A stretch of DNA of 64,000 nt, taken from an uncultured Prochlorococcus sp. GTDB taxonomy: Bacteria > Cyanobacteriota > Cyanobacteriia > PCC-6307 > Cyanobiaceae. Both the position numbers and the translations under genes were made by a program. How positions within the stretch are numbered: the first letter of the stretch is position 1; each line of letters begins with the position of its first letter. Shown piece after piece: positions 43,043-52,582 of the stretch. Below the pieces are notes generated by a model, which was not told the origin of the DNA, searched no databases, and worked only from the letters and a program-made list of their open reading frames with translations. The stretch lies in the NCBI GenBank assembly GCA_902538515.1, contig CACBFH010000002.1, positions 20,893-84,892 of the forward strand, given 5' to 3'.

Positions 43043-44038
43043 ATGGTAAAAAATATTATAGATGTTAGAAATTTGTCTAAGTCATTTGAAACCTCTTCTA
43101 AAGAACCAAGTTTAAAAGGGACAATTAAACACTTTTTCAGGAGAAAAACTAAAAGTTTAAAGGTTATAAAAAATATTAGTTTCGAAATAAAAGAAGGTGA
43201 AATTGTAGGTTTTTTAGGGGCTAATGGAGCAGGTAAAACAACAATTTTAAAAATGCTCTGTGGCCTAATTTATCCAAGTGAAGGAAGAATTGTAGTTTCT
43301 GGTTACTTACCGTATAAGAGAAAAAATAATTTTCTAAAGAATATAACTTTAATAATGGGTCAAAAACAACAACTTATCTGGGATCTTCCACCAATTGAAT
43401 CATTTTACTTGAATGCATCAATATACGAATTAGATAAGTTCGAAGCAAAAAAAAGAATAAAGAAATTATCAGATATGCTAGAGATTCATGATGAATTATT
43501 TATACCTGTAAGGAAACTATCCCTTGGTCAGCGGATGAAGTCAGAATTACTAGCAGCTTTGATACATGAACCAAATATACTTTTTTTAGACGAGCCTACT
43601 CTTGGTTTAGATATTAATGCACAGAGAAATTTAAGAAAATTTCTTCAAAAATATAATGAGGAAACTAATGCAACGATATGCATGACAAGCCATTACATGA
43701 AGGATATTACTTCCCTTTGTAAGAGAGTTATATGTGTTCATAATGGATCTATTTCATATGATGGGGATTTAGATCTTTTAATAAAAAAACTATCTCCTAT
43801 TAAAGAAATATTAATAGTTTGTCGTTCAGAAGAAGATGCAACCAAAATAGAAAATTCAGTGTTTACTGTTAAAAATAAAATAAAGAATGAAATCACAATT
43901 GAAGTAGAAAATGCCTCTATTGCTAGTTCGCTAAAAACCATTTTAAATAATTTTAATATTGAAGATCTTTTTATAAATGAACCTCCTGTGGATGAAATTA
44001 TTGGGAAAATATTAATAAAAAAAGATTATGAGATTTAA
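43043..44038 (+). CDS. ABC transporter ATP-binding protein
   Basis: GANGAGKTT, LSLGQRM, FLDEPTLGLD. Confidence 0.94.
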   Translation: MVKNIIDVRNLSKSFETSSKEPSLKGTIKHFFRRKTKSLKVIKNISFEIKEGEIVGFLGANGAGKTTILKMLCGLIYPSEGRIVVSGYLPYKRKNNFLKNITLIMGQKQQLIWDLPPIESFYLNASIYELDKFEAKKRIKKLSDMLEIHDELFIPVRKLSLGQRMKSELLAALIHEPNILFLDEPTLGLDINAQRNLRKFLQKYNEETNATICMTSHYMKDITSLCKRVICVHNGSISYDGDLDLLIKKLSPIKEILIVCRSEEDATKIENSVFTVKNKIKNEITIEVENASIASSLKTILNNFNIEDLFINEPPVDEIIGKILIKKDYEI

Positions 44039-44822
44039 TTTAATTAACCATAAAATATTCACCTTACTTAAGGTCCAATATTCAAATATGTTGGAATATA
44101 GGGTAGAGATTGCATTATGGGCTATTTCAGGGATTATTCCTTTTTTTATGTTAAACATCTGGACAAATAATAACCTTAACGAATCAATAAGCATTAGTGA
44201 GGTCATGCTTTCTAGGTATTTCTTGTGTGCTTTTTTTGTAAGACAGTTTTCTGTAGTTTGGGTTGCATTTAGCTTTGAAGAAGACTCTCTAATGGGAAAA
44301 GTATCTCCTTACTTAATTCAACCTTTAAATCCATTTTTTAGATATTTTGCACAACACATAGCAGAACAAATAACAAGATTTCCTTTCGCACTAATAATTG
44401 CATTTTTCTTTTTTATTTTTAATCCAGAAAGTATATGGATTCCAAATTTCGATATTTTATTCTTATCGATATTATCGACTTTCTTATCTTTCTTAATTCA
44501 ATTTCTAATTCAATCAATAATTGCTTGCCTATGTTTCTGGACAGAAAAAGCATCGTCAATCGAAAGATTGTTATTTATTCCAACCTTATTTCTCTCAGGT
44601 CTTTTAGCTCCAGTAGTTTCATTTCCTAATTATGTAAAATCTTGGATTTATTTAACTCCTTTTCCATATCTAATCGATTTCCCTGCAAACTTACTATCAG
44701 GTAATGAGACAAATATTAGTGGAGGGTTTGGCATGCAAATTCTATGGCTTCTTTTACTTTTTCCATTATTTAAAAAAATTTGGTCTGAGGGCACGAAAAA
44801 ATATACGGCTATGGGATCATGA
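44028..44822 (+). CDS. ABC-2 family permease
   Basis: ~6 TM, overlaps the ATPase gene. Confidence 0.88.
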   Translation: MRFNLINHKIFTLLKVQYSNMLEYRVEIALWAISGIIPFFMLNIWTNNNLNESISISEVMLSRYFLCAFFVRQFSVVWVAFSFEEDSLMGKVSPYLIQPLNPFFRYFAQHIAEQITRFPFALIIAFFFFIFNPESIWIPNFDILFLSILSTFLSFLIQFLIQSIIACLCFWTEKASSIERLLFIPTLFLSGLLAPVVSFPNYVKSWIYLTPFPYLIDFPANLLSGNETNISGGFGMQILWLLLLFPLFKKIWSEGTKKYTAMGS

Positions 44823-45613
44823 ATTTAAGTAAATATCTAAAAGTTTATACAAAATTTCTACATACTTCATTAGCCTCCGAATTAGAATATAAAACAAATA
44901 TATTAATTGATCTAGTTACTGCAATATTAAGTTTAATTGGGAGTATCTTTTTATTATCTATCTTTTTTCAAAATAGTAACACCATTGGAGGTTGGAATTT
45001 TGAACAGGCGCTAATAATTCAAGGTATTTATACCCTTTTAAATGGAGTAGCTAATACATGGTTTAATCCAAATCTTACTGAAATAGTTAAACACATAAGG
45101 GAGGGAACCTTAGATTTCGTACTTTTAAAACCTATTGATAGTCAATTTTTTATCTCTTTAAAAAGAATATCCCCATCAGGCTTTTTAGAAATAATGCTTG
45201 GCATTGGTATATTATTGTACTGCTTCAAAATTAATCAAATACATTTAAATTTAAGTTTTCTTGTTTTATGTTTGATTACAATAATCTGCTCAATTTCCAT
45301 TTTATATAGCTTATGGTTTTTTATCTCCACAACAACTATTTGGTTTGTTAAGACTTGGAATGCAACAGAAGTATTAAGATCCTTCCTTTACGTTGGAAGA
45401 TTTCCTTTAAATTCATTTTCATTTTCTCTTAGAATATTTTTTAGTATATTTATTCCTATCGCATTTATTACTACAATACCTTCTGAAGTTTTTCTAGGTC
45501 TCACTCAATTATGGAAAATATTCCTTGAAGTTATTGTTACCTCCGTATTTGTTATTACTTCTAGAAAATTCTGGTTATTCGCATTAAAATTCTATACATC
45601 AGCATCTAGCTAA
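44819..45613 (+). CDS. ABC-2 family permease
   Basis: IREGTLDFVLLKPIDSQF and YTSASS terminus; ATGA overlap. Confidence 0.88.
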   Translation: MNLSKYLKVYTKFLHTSLASELEYKTNILIDLVTAILSLIGSIFLLSIFFQNSNTIGGWNFEQALIIQGIYTLLNGVANTWFNPNLTEIVKHIREGTLDFVLLKPIDSQFFISLKRISPSGFLEIMLGIGILLYCFKINQIHLNLSFLVLCLITIICSISILYSLWFFISTTTIWFVKTWNATEVLRSFLYVGRFPLNSFSFSLRIFFSIFIPIAFITTIPSEVFLGLTQLWKIFLEVIVTSVFVITSRKFWLFALKFYTSASS

Positions 45614-45616
45614 ATA

Positions 45617-45883
45617 TTATTCAACAACCTCTCTACAAAATTCCCAAATTCTTTGTTTACTTTTAAGTTTAGAAATCTTAAATAAATTCTTAAAATTAGA
45701 CGTAGATTTTTCAACAGATAAAAGCCTACAGTTGTATTCAATTTTATAATATTTTGAAATCATTCCTAATTTACGTGAGATATCACAAGAGATAATTATC
45801 AAAGCGATCATTAAAACAGTTTTAAAAAAATATGCAAATGACTTTGAATAATTCTCATTTTCAGTTTTTAATTCAAACTTCAT
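45617..45883 (-). CDS. Hypothetical membrane-anchored protein
   Basis: 88 aa, TM segment, downstream Cys residues; start overlaps the upstream stop. Confidence 0.7.
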   Translation of the reverse strand: MKFELKTENENYSKSFAYFFKTVLMIALIIISCDISRKLGMISKYYKIEYNCRLLSVEKSTSNFKNLFKISKLKSKQRIWEFCREVVE

Positions 45884-46110
45884 TATTTAACTATATGTTG
45901 AGGGCACTTAATTGCAGCAATCGCAACAGCAGTAACCTTAAAATTTTCTGACTTCTCAATTACACTTTTAACTTCTAAGGGTCCAAATTTATTACTTGCA
46001 TCACTGTAAGAAAGAAGTAAAGATTTATAATTATCATGACCTAAACTTCGATATTCGCAGAAATTATCTCCAACATAATTCAAAAGAGTTAGTAGTGTTA
46101 ATTCAATCAT
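45883..46110 (-). CDS. Hypothetical protein with two Cys
   Basis: 75 aa, FCEYRSLG...AAIKCPQHI. Confidence 0.7.
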   Translation of the reverse strand: MIELTLLTLLNYVGDNFCEYRSLGHDNYKSLLLSYSDASNKFGPLEVKSVIEKSENFKVTAVAIAAIKCPQHIVK

Positions 46111-46282
46111 TAAAGCTTATCAACTAACATAGTTCTTACGAATAATACAATGCATGAAATTTTTAACAAGTTTAATTATCAAAATAGCTTGGAATCACTA
46201 GATGGGAAGTTTACTAAAAAGTTTAAAAATCACAAAATATCTCAGAATTTTAATAGTAATAGAAAAGAAAATTACTTAAGCA

Positions 46283-46326
46283 CTATCTGTAGCGGTTTAT
46301 GCGGTATCAGTTAGCGCTACAGATAG
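46283..46326. repeat. Perfect 12-bp inverted repeat with 20-bp spacer
   Basis: CTATCTGTAGCG-N20-CGCTACAGATAG. Confidence 0.8.
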
Positions 46327-46360
46327 GGGGTTGCAATTTTTAAGAAATTGGTTTAAAAAT

Positions 46361-46405
46361 AAGGTTCCCCATCACCCGGCTTCACGAATGTGAGGCCTTT
46401 TTTTT
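46361..46405 (+). ncRNA. Candidate ~45-nt small RNA ending in an intrinsic terminator
   Basis: C-rich head GGTTCCCCATCACCC, then GGCTTCAC-GAAT-GTGAGGCC and T-run; no + strand CDS ends nearby; TTGCAA at 46331. Confidence 0.5.
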
Positions 46406-46567
46406 ATGGTTTTTAAGATAAGGTCTCTCTAAGTGTATTATTTAAAAAACGAGTTATTCATTAATACCATTTGTAATGAAAAAATATAATAAATAATTTA
46501 ATTTTTTTACTAATAAAAATCCTTTAGTCTTTTACCACAATCGTACAGCTAGCTATTCTCAATTAAT

Positions 46568-47380
46568 TTATAAAAAACTTTTTATGGATTTAATCAATAA
46601 ACTAATACCAACCAAAATACAGACTGTTATGAAAGTTTTCTTAATTAATATATTTCCATTTAATTTTGATAAGTGAGCCCCAAAATATCCTCCTGTAAAA
46701 GAACCAATTATTAATATTATCAATATATTTGAAGGAACCGATCCTATTCTTGCCAAAGAAACTGCTCCAACAAAATTCCAAAAAATCCCAACAGTAAAGA
46801 ATGTCAAACTTATAGCTCGAAGAAAATCCATTTCAAAAGTTTTTATTAAAAGTATTGTTACAAGCAATCCAGTCCCTGAAGAAATAGAACCATTCAAAAT
46901 GCCTATAAAGAAAATAAAAATTATAAATCTAATTTTATGAAATAAATTAAGCTCATTATTTCCAGATGACAATCCCAAATTTGGTTTAAGGAATGAGTAA
47001 AAAGCTAATAATATTGAAATTATTCCTAAAATTAAATACAAATACTTTTCTGATATAAATTCAACTATAAAAGATCCTAAAATCACTCCTGGCAATCCAA
47101 AAATTAAAATTTGCAAAGCAACACTTATATCATTACCTAAGGATTTGTAATTTCTTAAAGAACCACCTACTCCTAGTGCTACTGTTGCTAATTTATGACT
47201 AGCCAGAGCCTGATAATAAGGAACACCAGATAAAATTAATGCTGGCAATTGTAATAATCCTGATCCTCCTCCAGAAATCGCAGAGAACGTATTAGAAAAA
47301 AAGGATATCAAAAAGATATAAATACTTTTAAATAAAGAATGTTCAAAACTTCCTAATAATATTGTTAATAGATAAAGCAT
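46568..47380 (-). CDS. TauE/SafE family sulfite exporter-like membrane protein
   Basis: SAISGGGSGLLQLPAL, ~8 TM with internal repeat. Confidence 0.88.
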   Translation of the reverse strand: MLYLLTILLGSFEHSLFKSIYIFLISFFSNTFSAISGGGSGLLQLPALILSGVPYYQALASHKLATVALGVGGSLRNYKSLGNDISVALQILIFGLPGVILGSFIVEFISEKYLYLILGIISILLAFYSFLKPNLGLSSGNNELNLFHKIRFIIFIFFIGILNGSISSGTGLLVTILLIKTFEMDFLRAISLTFFTVGIFWNFVGAVSLARIGSVPSNILIILIIGSFTGGYFGAHLSKLNGNILIKKTFITVCILVGISLLIKSIKSFL

Positions 47381-47515
47381 TGAAATTAAATTGCTAGTAA
47401 CAAGGAAATATAATTATTTTCATAAGAAGAAAATAAATTTTAAAATCTCATTTTATCCTTTTTCAATCATAGTTTTAAAAAAACTGTTATTATCAAAAAA
47501 ATTATCAAGAATATT

Positions 47516-47857
47516 ATGCATAAGCAAGATGCAATTTACCTTGATCAGTTTTGTCCCAAGAAAAGTAATAAAAATTGGAGGGAGTCACTTAATAAAGTTA
47601 CCAATTTTCAATGTATTTATTGCGGTAAACCATCAGAATCCTTAGACCACCTTCACCCAATATCAAAGGGGGGGATTAGTAGTACAAGTAATTGCGTGCC
47701 ATGTTGTTTATCATGCAATGGAAAGAAATCAGATTCTGAAGTTCTTAGTTGGTACAGAAAACAAAGTTTTTATGATCCTCGAAGAGCTATGGCGATACGC
47801 GCATGGTTTAATGACGATTTAAAACTAGCCTCAGTGCTTTTGAACTGCCTAAATTAA
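47516..47857 (+). CDS. HNH endonuclease family protein
   Basis: CIYCG...LDHLHPISKGG...NCVPCCLSCNGKK. Confidence 0.92.
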   Translation: MHKQDAIYLDQFCPKKSNKNWRESLNKVTNFQCIYCGKPSESLDHLHPISKGGISSTSNCVPCCLSCNGKKSDSEVLSWYRKQSFYDPRRAMAIRAWFNDDLKLASVLLNCLN

Positions 47858-47945
47858 GATAAATAATAAATTAATTGAAATAAAAAAAAATTTTTGAATA
47901 TGGTTGAATAGGATCTTCTTATTCTGGTAAATAATGAATTTTTAT

Positions 47946-48140
47946 TTAAATTATTCTTTTTATTTCTAAATTTATTTTATTGCTCTTGAAAAGCGCAATA
48001 TTAGAAAAGTCATCTTTCCACATTATTGGCGATTCTAAAACCTTTCTCTCTGGTGACTTTACTGAAAAAATCAATCCAAATACAAAAAGGATAGTAATCA
48101 AAATGATTGTCATTACTAATTTGTCTGAAATATTGTTCAT
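47946..48140 (-). CDS. Small membrane protein
   Basis: 64 aa, N-terminal TM. Confidence 0.6.
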   Translation of the reverse strand: MNNISDKLVMTIILITILFVFGLIFSVKSPERKVLESPIMWKDDFSNIALFKSNKINLEIKRII

Positions 48141-48149
48141 AAACCTAAT

Positions 48150-48551
48150 CTATCTAGAAAAATTTTTGTCAGGAGTTGTTTTTTCATAAATTTCAAGAAA
48201 ATATGACTTAAAATAATTAACTCCCTCCTTTCCAATTAATCCAATTGACTCTCCACAATCATTTACTACTTGTATTGAAATTTGATTACCCAAGTCACTT
48301 TTCTCAATCCATTTTTTCTGTGGATTATAAGAAAAAGATATAATATTTTCAGTTTTTACAATAGCTGATTTCATTGCTTCATCTTTAGAAAAACCATTTT
48401 GAATAGCCTTGCAATATTCCCTGGAGAAATTATTAGAGATCCTATTTTGTAGCAAACTAACACTAGGGTCTGAAGTATCAAAAGCTAAACCTATTGAAGG
48501 TTTTACTAAATAAACTATAAATAAAAGAAAACCAAAAATGAATTTTAACAA
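48150..48551 (-). CDS. Hypothetical secreted protein
   Basis: Signal peptide-like N-terminus ending GLA, two Cys. Confidence 0.75.
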   Translation of the reverse strand: MLKFIFGFLLFIVYLVKPSIGLAFDTSDPSVSLLQNRISNNFSREYCKAIQNGFSKDEAMKSAIVKTENIISFSYNPQKKWIEKSDLGNQISIQVVNDCGESIGLIGKEGVNYFKSYFLEIYEKTTPDKNFSR

Positions 48552-48701
48552 GGCTATTTATCAATCCTTATAAATAATATATTAGTTTTTTCTAATTGTC
48601 TTTTAAATTTTATCTGATAATTAATAACAGCAAATTAAATTTCAATTTATTAAAAATTAAAAGTATTGCGATAAGTTCAGCAATAATAGTCAGAGGTTTA
48701 T

Positions 48702-48935
48702 TTGACTACTTATATGTACGAATCATTGATGACATTGCTATTTTTTCCTGACTGGACAAATGGACTACCTTCAGACTTTTTAATCCTTCATTTTTTTGTA
48801 GGAGCTGTAATTTTCCCATTTAACATGATTCATGCTAAAGCAAGAAAAATTGACAGTCAGAACCCACAGGAAGCAGCTAATGGTTATAAAAACTCAGACA
48901 ATACTACATTTTTTGGATACGAAGAAATCAATTAG
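48702..48935 (+). CDS. Small membrane protein
   Basis: FPDWTNGLPSDFLILHFFVGAVIFPF; start uncertain. Confidence 0.6.
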   Translation: MTTYMYESLMTLLFFPDWTNGLPSDFLILHFFVGAVIFPFNMIHAKARKIDSQNPQEAANGYKNSDNTTFFGYEEIN

Positions 48936-48968
48936 ATTTTCATAAATTTTTTTTAAGAAATAATGTAA

Positions 48969-49196
48969 TTGATGATAATTTCCCTAAATACAGCTTTAGA
49001 TCTCAAAATTTTCAGCCCAGGTGAACCTATAGGAATATTGATTATTTTATTAGGATTAATATTTACTGGTATGATTTTTTACATTATTTATGCAGTAAGT
49101 ACTAATAAAGAATCACTAGAAGATAAAAAAATGAGGACTAAAAAGGAGTACTTGCAAAAGGAGAAAATAGGAAAATTATTCCCTAAGAAAAAGTGA
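48969..49196 (+). CDS. Small membrane protein
   Basis: Single TM and basic tail. Confidence 0.65.
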   Translation: MMIISLNTALDLKIFSPGEPIGILIILLGLIFTGMIFYIIYAVSTNKESLEDKKMRTKKEYLQKEKIGKLFPKKK

Positions 49197-49415
49197 ATTT
49201 ATTGCTTTTTTACTATAAAGGAATTTATTTATATTATTAATAATCAAATCAGTAGGATCCAAAAACATAAGTTTTAGTTCTTTTAAATCAAACATTATAT
49301 AAAAACTTAACTTTAACAACTAAATTTTTTTTACGAGTATTTTTCTTAATTACACAGCAAAATTATTTTCATATCAAGCAAAAAATGTTAAAAATGGAAA
49401 AAATGATTTGAAATC

Positions 49416-49919
49416 TTGGAGAATTCACCTCAATATCTATTTCTTGCTAGTGGAGCGAATAATGGAGAAGGTTTTTGGTTTGTGGGAATAAAAAATTGCG
49501 ATGAAAATATCTTTGAGGATGAAAATCTTTTAGATTGCCATAGAAAAGAATTAATAGGTAATAAATCAGCAAAAGATATTCTTTTAGCTATTAATTTAAA
49601 CGTAAATAATTTATTAAATGAACTAAGAAACAAAAATTATTTAATTGAAAGACCTTCAATGGGAATTTCATTTGATATCCCTTTAGAAATAATGGAAAAT
49701 ATTTTTGATTTTTGGTTAGATATTTATAAAAATCAAGAAGCCTGGGAAGGTTGTCTAGGACTTCTTAAAGTTAGGAAAAGGATTCCCCTAACAAACCTAA
49801 TTGAAAGCGAAAGTTTAAAAGGTAACTCAAAAAAATGGGCTATAAAAATTGAAAATTTACATACTTATGTTCCTTCTTCACTTAGAATTGAGAAATTAAA
49901 TGATCCCATGTGGGAATAG
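49416..49919 (+). CDS. Conserved hypothetical protein
   Basis: 167 aa open frame with normal coding composition. Confidence 0.75.
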   Translation: MENSPQYLFLASGANNGEGFWFVGIKNCDENIFEDENLLDCHRKELIGNKSAKDILLAINLNVNNLLNELRNKNYLIERPSMGISFDIPLEIMENIFDFWLDIYKNQEAWEGCLGLLKVRKRIPLTNLIESESLKGNSKKWAIKIENLHTYVPSSLRIEKLNDPMWE

Positions 49920-49989
49920 TAATTTTAAATACTCAAAATATTTACTTCGTTGTATATTTAAGTAAAAATAGAATAATTAATATTTAAAA

Positions 49990-50166
49990 ATGAATAAACC
50001 CTATTCTTTTAGTATCGATCAAATGAATGGGATTGTAGAGGATACATATGCCAAAATAATAAATGAATGTGAAAATTTAAAAAAAAATACAAATTGTCCA
50101 AATGAGCAAGTAGCAGCACTTTTAAGTGTAATTGCTTCAAATTACGCTACTACAAGAGAAAAATAG
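49990..50166 (+). CDS. Small helical hypothetical protein, 58 aa
   Basis: MNKPYSFSIDQMNGIVEDTYAKIINECENLKKNTNCPNEQVAALLSVIASNYATTREK*; ends 9 bp before the PRTase. Confidence 0.7.
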   Translation: MNKPYSFSIDQMNGIVEDTYAKIINECENLKKNTNCPNEQVAALLSVIASNYATTREK

Positions 50167-50175
50167 AAAATTAAG

Positions 50176-50571
50176 ATGATAAGTCATTTTACTTGGAACG
50201 AATTTGATGTAGGCGTAGAACGAATAGCTAATAAATGTAGGTTTAAGGAGTTTTCTGGAATATATGGAGTTCCTCGTGGTGGATTATGTCTTGCTGTAGC
50301 ACTAAGCCATAAATTAAAAATCGAATTAATTTCAGAACCAATAAAAAATTCACTAATAGTAGATGATGTTTATGAAACTGGTGTAACATTATCGACCTTC
50401 AAGGATATTGAAGGAGCAACGTTTTTTGTATTATTCAGTAAGATAAAACCTACATGGTGGAACACAGTATTTATATCAAAAAAAAGCCAATGGATAGTCT
50501 TTCCTTGGGAAAATACTTTAAATTCAAAAATTGACCGCGAAGAGTACATTAAAAAAAGAGGTTTAAGTTGA
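50176..50571 (+). CDS. Type I phosphoribosyltransferase (purine PRTase-like)
   Basis: GVPRGG, PRPP-binding LIVDDVYETGVT, WIVFPWE. Confidence 0.9.
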   Translation: MISHFTWNEFDVGVERIANKCRFKEFSGIYGVPRGGLCLAVALSHKLKIELISEPIKNSLIVDDVYETGVTLSTFKDIEGATFFVLFSKIKPTWWNTVFISKKSQWIVFPWENTLNSKIDREEYIKKRGLS

Positions 50572-51026
50572 AAAAGAAATTATATTTGGCAAATCCATAT
50601 GGATTTTCAAAACAAACTAAAACTCTCTTAAATGAATTTATTAAAATCTTTAAAGATTTAAACGTCGAAGTATTTGAACCTTTTGAGAGAGCAAAACCAT
50701 TAATACAAAAAGAAATTGGATGGGCTTATGACATTGCAAGAAGTAATTTCCATGATTTAAAAGAATGTGATTGCATTTTTGCGATTGTCAATGGTAATCC
50801 ACCAGATGAAGGTGTAATGATTGAATTGGGTATAGCAATTGCTCTAAAAAAGGAAATCTTTTTATTCAGGGATGATTTTAGAAATTGTTCTGATAGCAAT
50901 CAATACCCATTAAATCTAATGTTATTTCTTGGATTGCCTAAAGATAATTGGGAAAAATATTATTTTGAATCATTACAAGATATAAAAAGCAATAAAAAAA
51001 GATTTCTGGAGTGGGCAAATAATTAG
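50568..51026 (+). CDS. Nucleoside 2-deoxyribosyltransferase family protein
   Basis: LYLANP.GFS, VFEPF, DEGVMIELGIAIAL.K with catalytic Glu; overlaps the PRTase stop. Confidence 0.88.
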   Translation: MKKKLYLANPYGFSKQTKTLLNEFIKIFKDLNVEVFEPFERAKPLIQKEIGWAYDIARSNFHDLKECDCIFAIVNGNPPDEGVMIELGIAIALKKEIFLFRDDFRNCSDSNQYPLNLMLFLGLPKDNWEKYYFESLQDIKSNKKRFLEWANN

Positions 51027-51110
51027 GCACATAAACCATATATCCTTAAGTTGCAGTTTAAGTTTAAATATATCTGTTGAGGTGCTAAAATAGGGTTTAT
51101 TTAGAAAATT

Positions 51111-51287
51111 TTGACACAAGTTACAGTTGGTGAGAACGAAGGGATTGAATCTGCCCTAAGAAGATTTAAGAGACAAGTATCTAAATCGGGTATCTTTGCA
51201 GATTTAAAAAGACTTAGACATCACGAAACTCCCATTGAAAAGTATAAGAGAAAATTGCAACAGAGAAGAAAAGCAAGAAGAAGATAA
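51111..51287 (+). CDS. rpsU: 30S ribosomal protein S21
   Basis: TTG start, [47 protein letters not shown]; not in ORF track. Confidence 0.96.
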
Positions 51288-51361
51288 TCTTCTACAGCCT
51301 ATAAGGTTTGGTTATCTTAAATATTAAAAGTTTTTTTAAAAGATTAAAAATAAAATTTTAA

Positions 51362-51715
51362 CTACTTAAGCTTTTTAAGCTTCTTAACAAGATTTATTCC
51401 AACTCCTGGTATAGCAAGAAGATCTTTTTCATCAGCAGCAATAATTGCTTTTGTTGTTTTAAATCCAGCCTCATACAAAGCTTTTGCGCTTTTTGCTCCA
51501 ACACCTGGAAGTGTAGTCAAAGTTTCAATATTTTTCTTAGAATTAACTGCTTTGGTTTTTCCTTTTGTTTTTGTTTTTGTTTTTGTTGTTGTTTTGGTTT
51601 TTGTTTTTGTTTTTGCAGGCTTTGCTGCCTTTTTTTCTTTCTTTAAAGGAGTTACAGGGGGTTCTGCACTTTTAAATAAAATTGATTTTAGTTTGCTGAG
51701 AAATTTAGAAATCAT
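51362..51715 (-). CDS. Helix-hairpin-helix DNA-binding protein with Lys/Thr-rich linker
   Basis: Two HhH motifs LPGVGAK and IPGVGIN. Confidence 0.88.
   Translation of the reverse strand: MISKFLSKLKSILFKSAEPPVTPLKKEKKAAKPAKTKTKTKTTTKTKTKTKGKTKAVNSKKNIETLTTLPGVGAKSAKALYEAGFKTTKAIIAADEKDLLAIPGVGINLVKKLKKLK
51563..51615. repeat. Imperfect hexanucleotide tandem repeat (TTTTTG)n encoding KT repeats
   Basis: Read directly; translates to KTKTKTKTTTKTKTKTK. Confidence 0.8.
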
Positions 51716-51985
51716 TGCAAAATATATATAAGTAATAAAATTAGCTCATCAATTATTTATATTATCAAATTCCTAAGGAATTAATAACAAGACAATAGTT
51801 AATTGAATAGAAATAATTTATTTACAATTATATAAAGACACACATTTAATATTTATGCAAGCTTACGAGCCATTGCAAGGTATTCAAAATTAATTTAAAA
51901 ACAAAAAAAAGAAAAAATGCATTTCAAAAATGAAAGGTTTTATCAATAGTAAAGTTAAAATCTTAATAATGAACAAATCATAAAA

Positions 51986-52582
51986 ATGAAGCTTATTTTT
52001 ATAAGTGGTCCTTCCGGAAGCGGTAAAACAACCTTATCAAATCAAATAATTAAAAAAAATAAAAATGGTATTGTGTTAAGTACCGACAATTACTATAAAA
52101 CAGGGTTAATAAGTAAATTACTAGCAAAATTTATAGAAGGTTTTTTTGATAAAAGTATTAGTTTTAATAACAAACTATTCAAAAAAGATTTTGATTTTAT
52201 TTTTAAGAATGGAATATCAATTTGTGATCGTTATTATAATTTCGAAAAGAAAAAAATTCAAAACATCTTAAACGAAACAAATAATATTAGTTTATTAATT
52301 GTTGAGGGTATATTTGCTAAAGAATTCTCAAACACATTAAATAATAAGGATTATATTTTTTTAGAAATAAAAACTGAAAAAAATGAGTGCATGAAGAGAG
52401 TTGTCCAAAGAGATACAAGAGAAAGGGGAAAGGATAAAAAACAAGCTGAGAAGGATTTCTTAAAATCATGGGACATTTATTACGAAAAATTTAAAGCCAA
52501 TAGCATAAAAAATAATACAAATAAGTTCATTATTGAAAAAAAAACTGATCTAGATCAAGCTCTTAAAAAATTATTTAACTAA
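51986..52582 (+). CDS. Uridine kinase-like P-loop protein
   Basis: GPSGSGKTT, STDNYY, IVEGIF, RVVQRD..ERG. Confidence 0.82.
   Translation: MKLIFISGPSGSGKTTLSNQIIKKNKNGIVLSTDNYYKTGLISKLLAKFIEGFFDKSISFNNKLFKKDFDFIFKNGISICDRYYNFEKKKIQNILNETNNISLLIVEGIFAKEFSNTLNNKDYIFLEIKTEKNECMKRVVQRDTRERGKDKKQAEKDFLKSWDIYYEKFKANSIKNNTNKFIIEKKTDLDQALKKLFN

Noticed and set aside
47516-47857. HNH nuclease as a defence or mobile system
   Set aside because: Standalone gene; no methylase, ATPase, intron or repeat context
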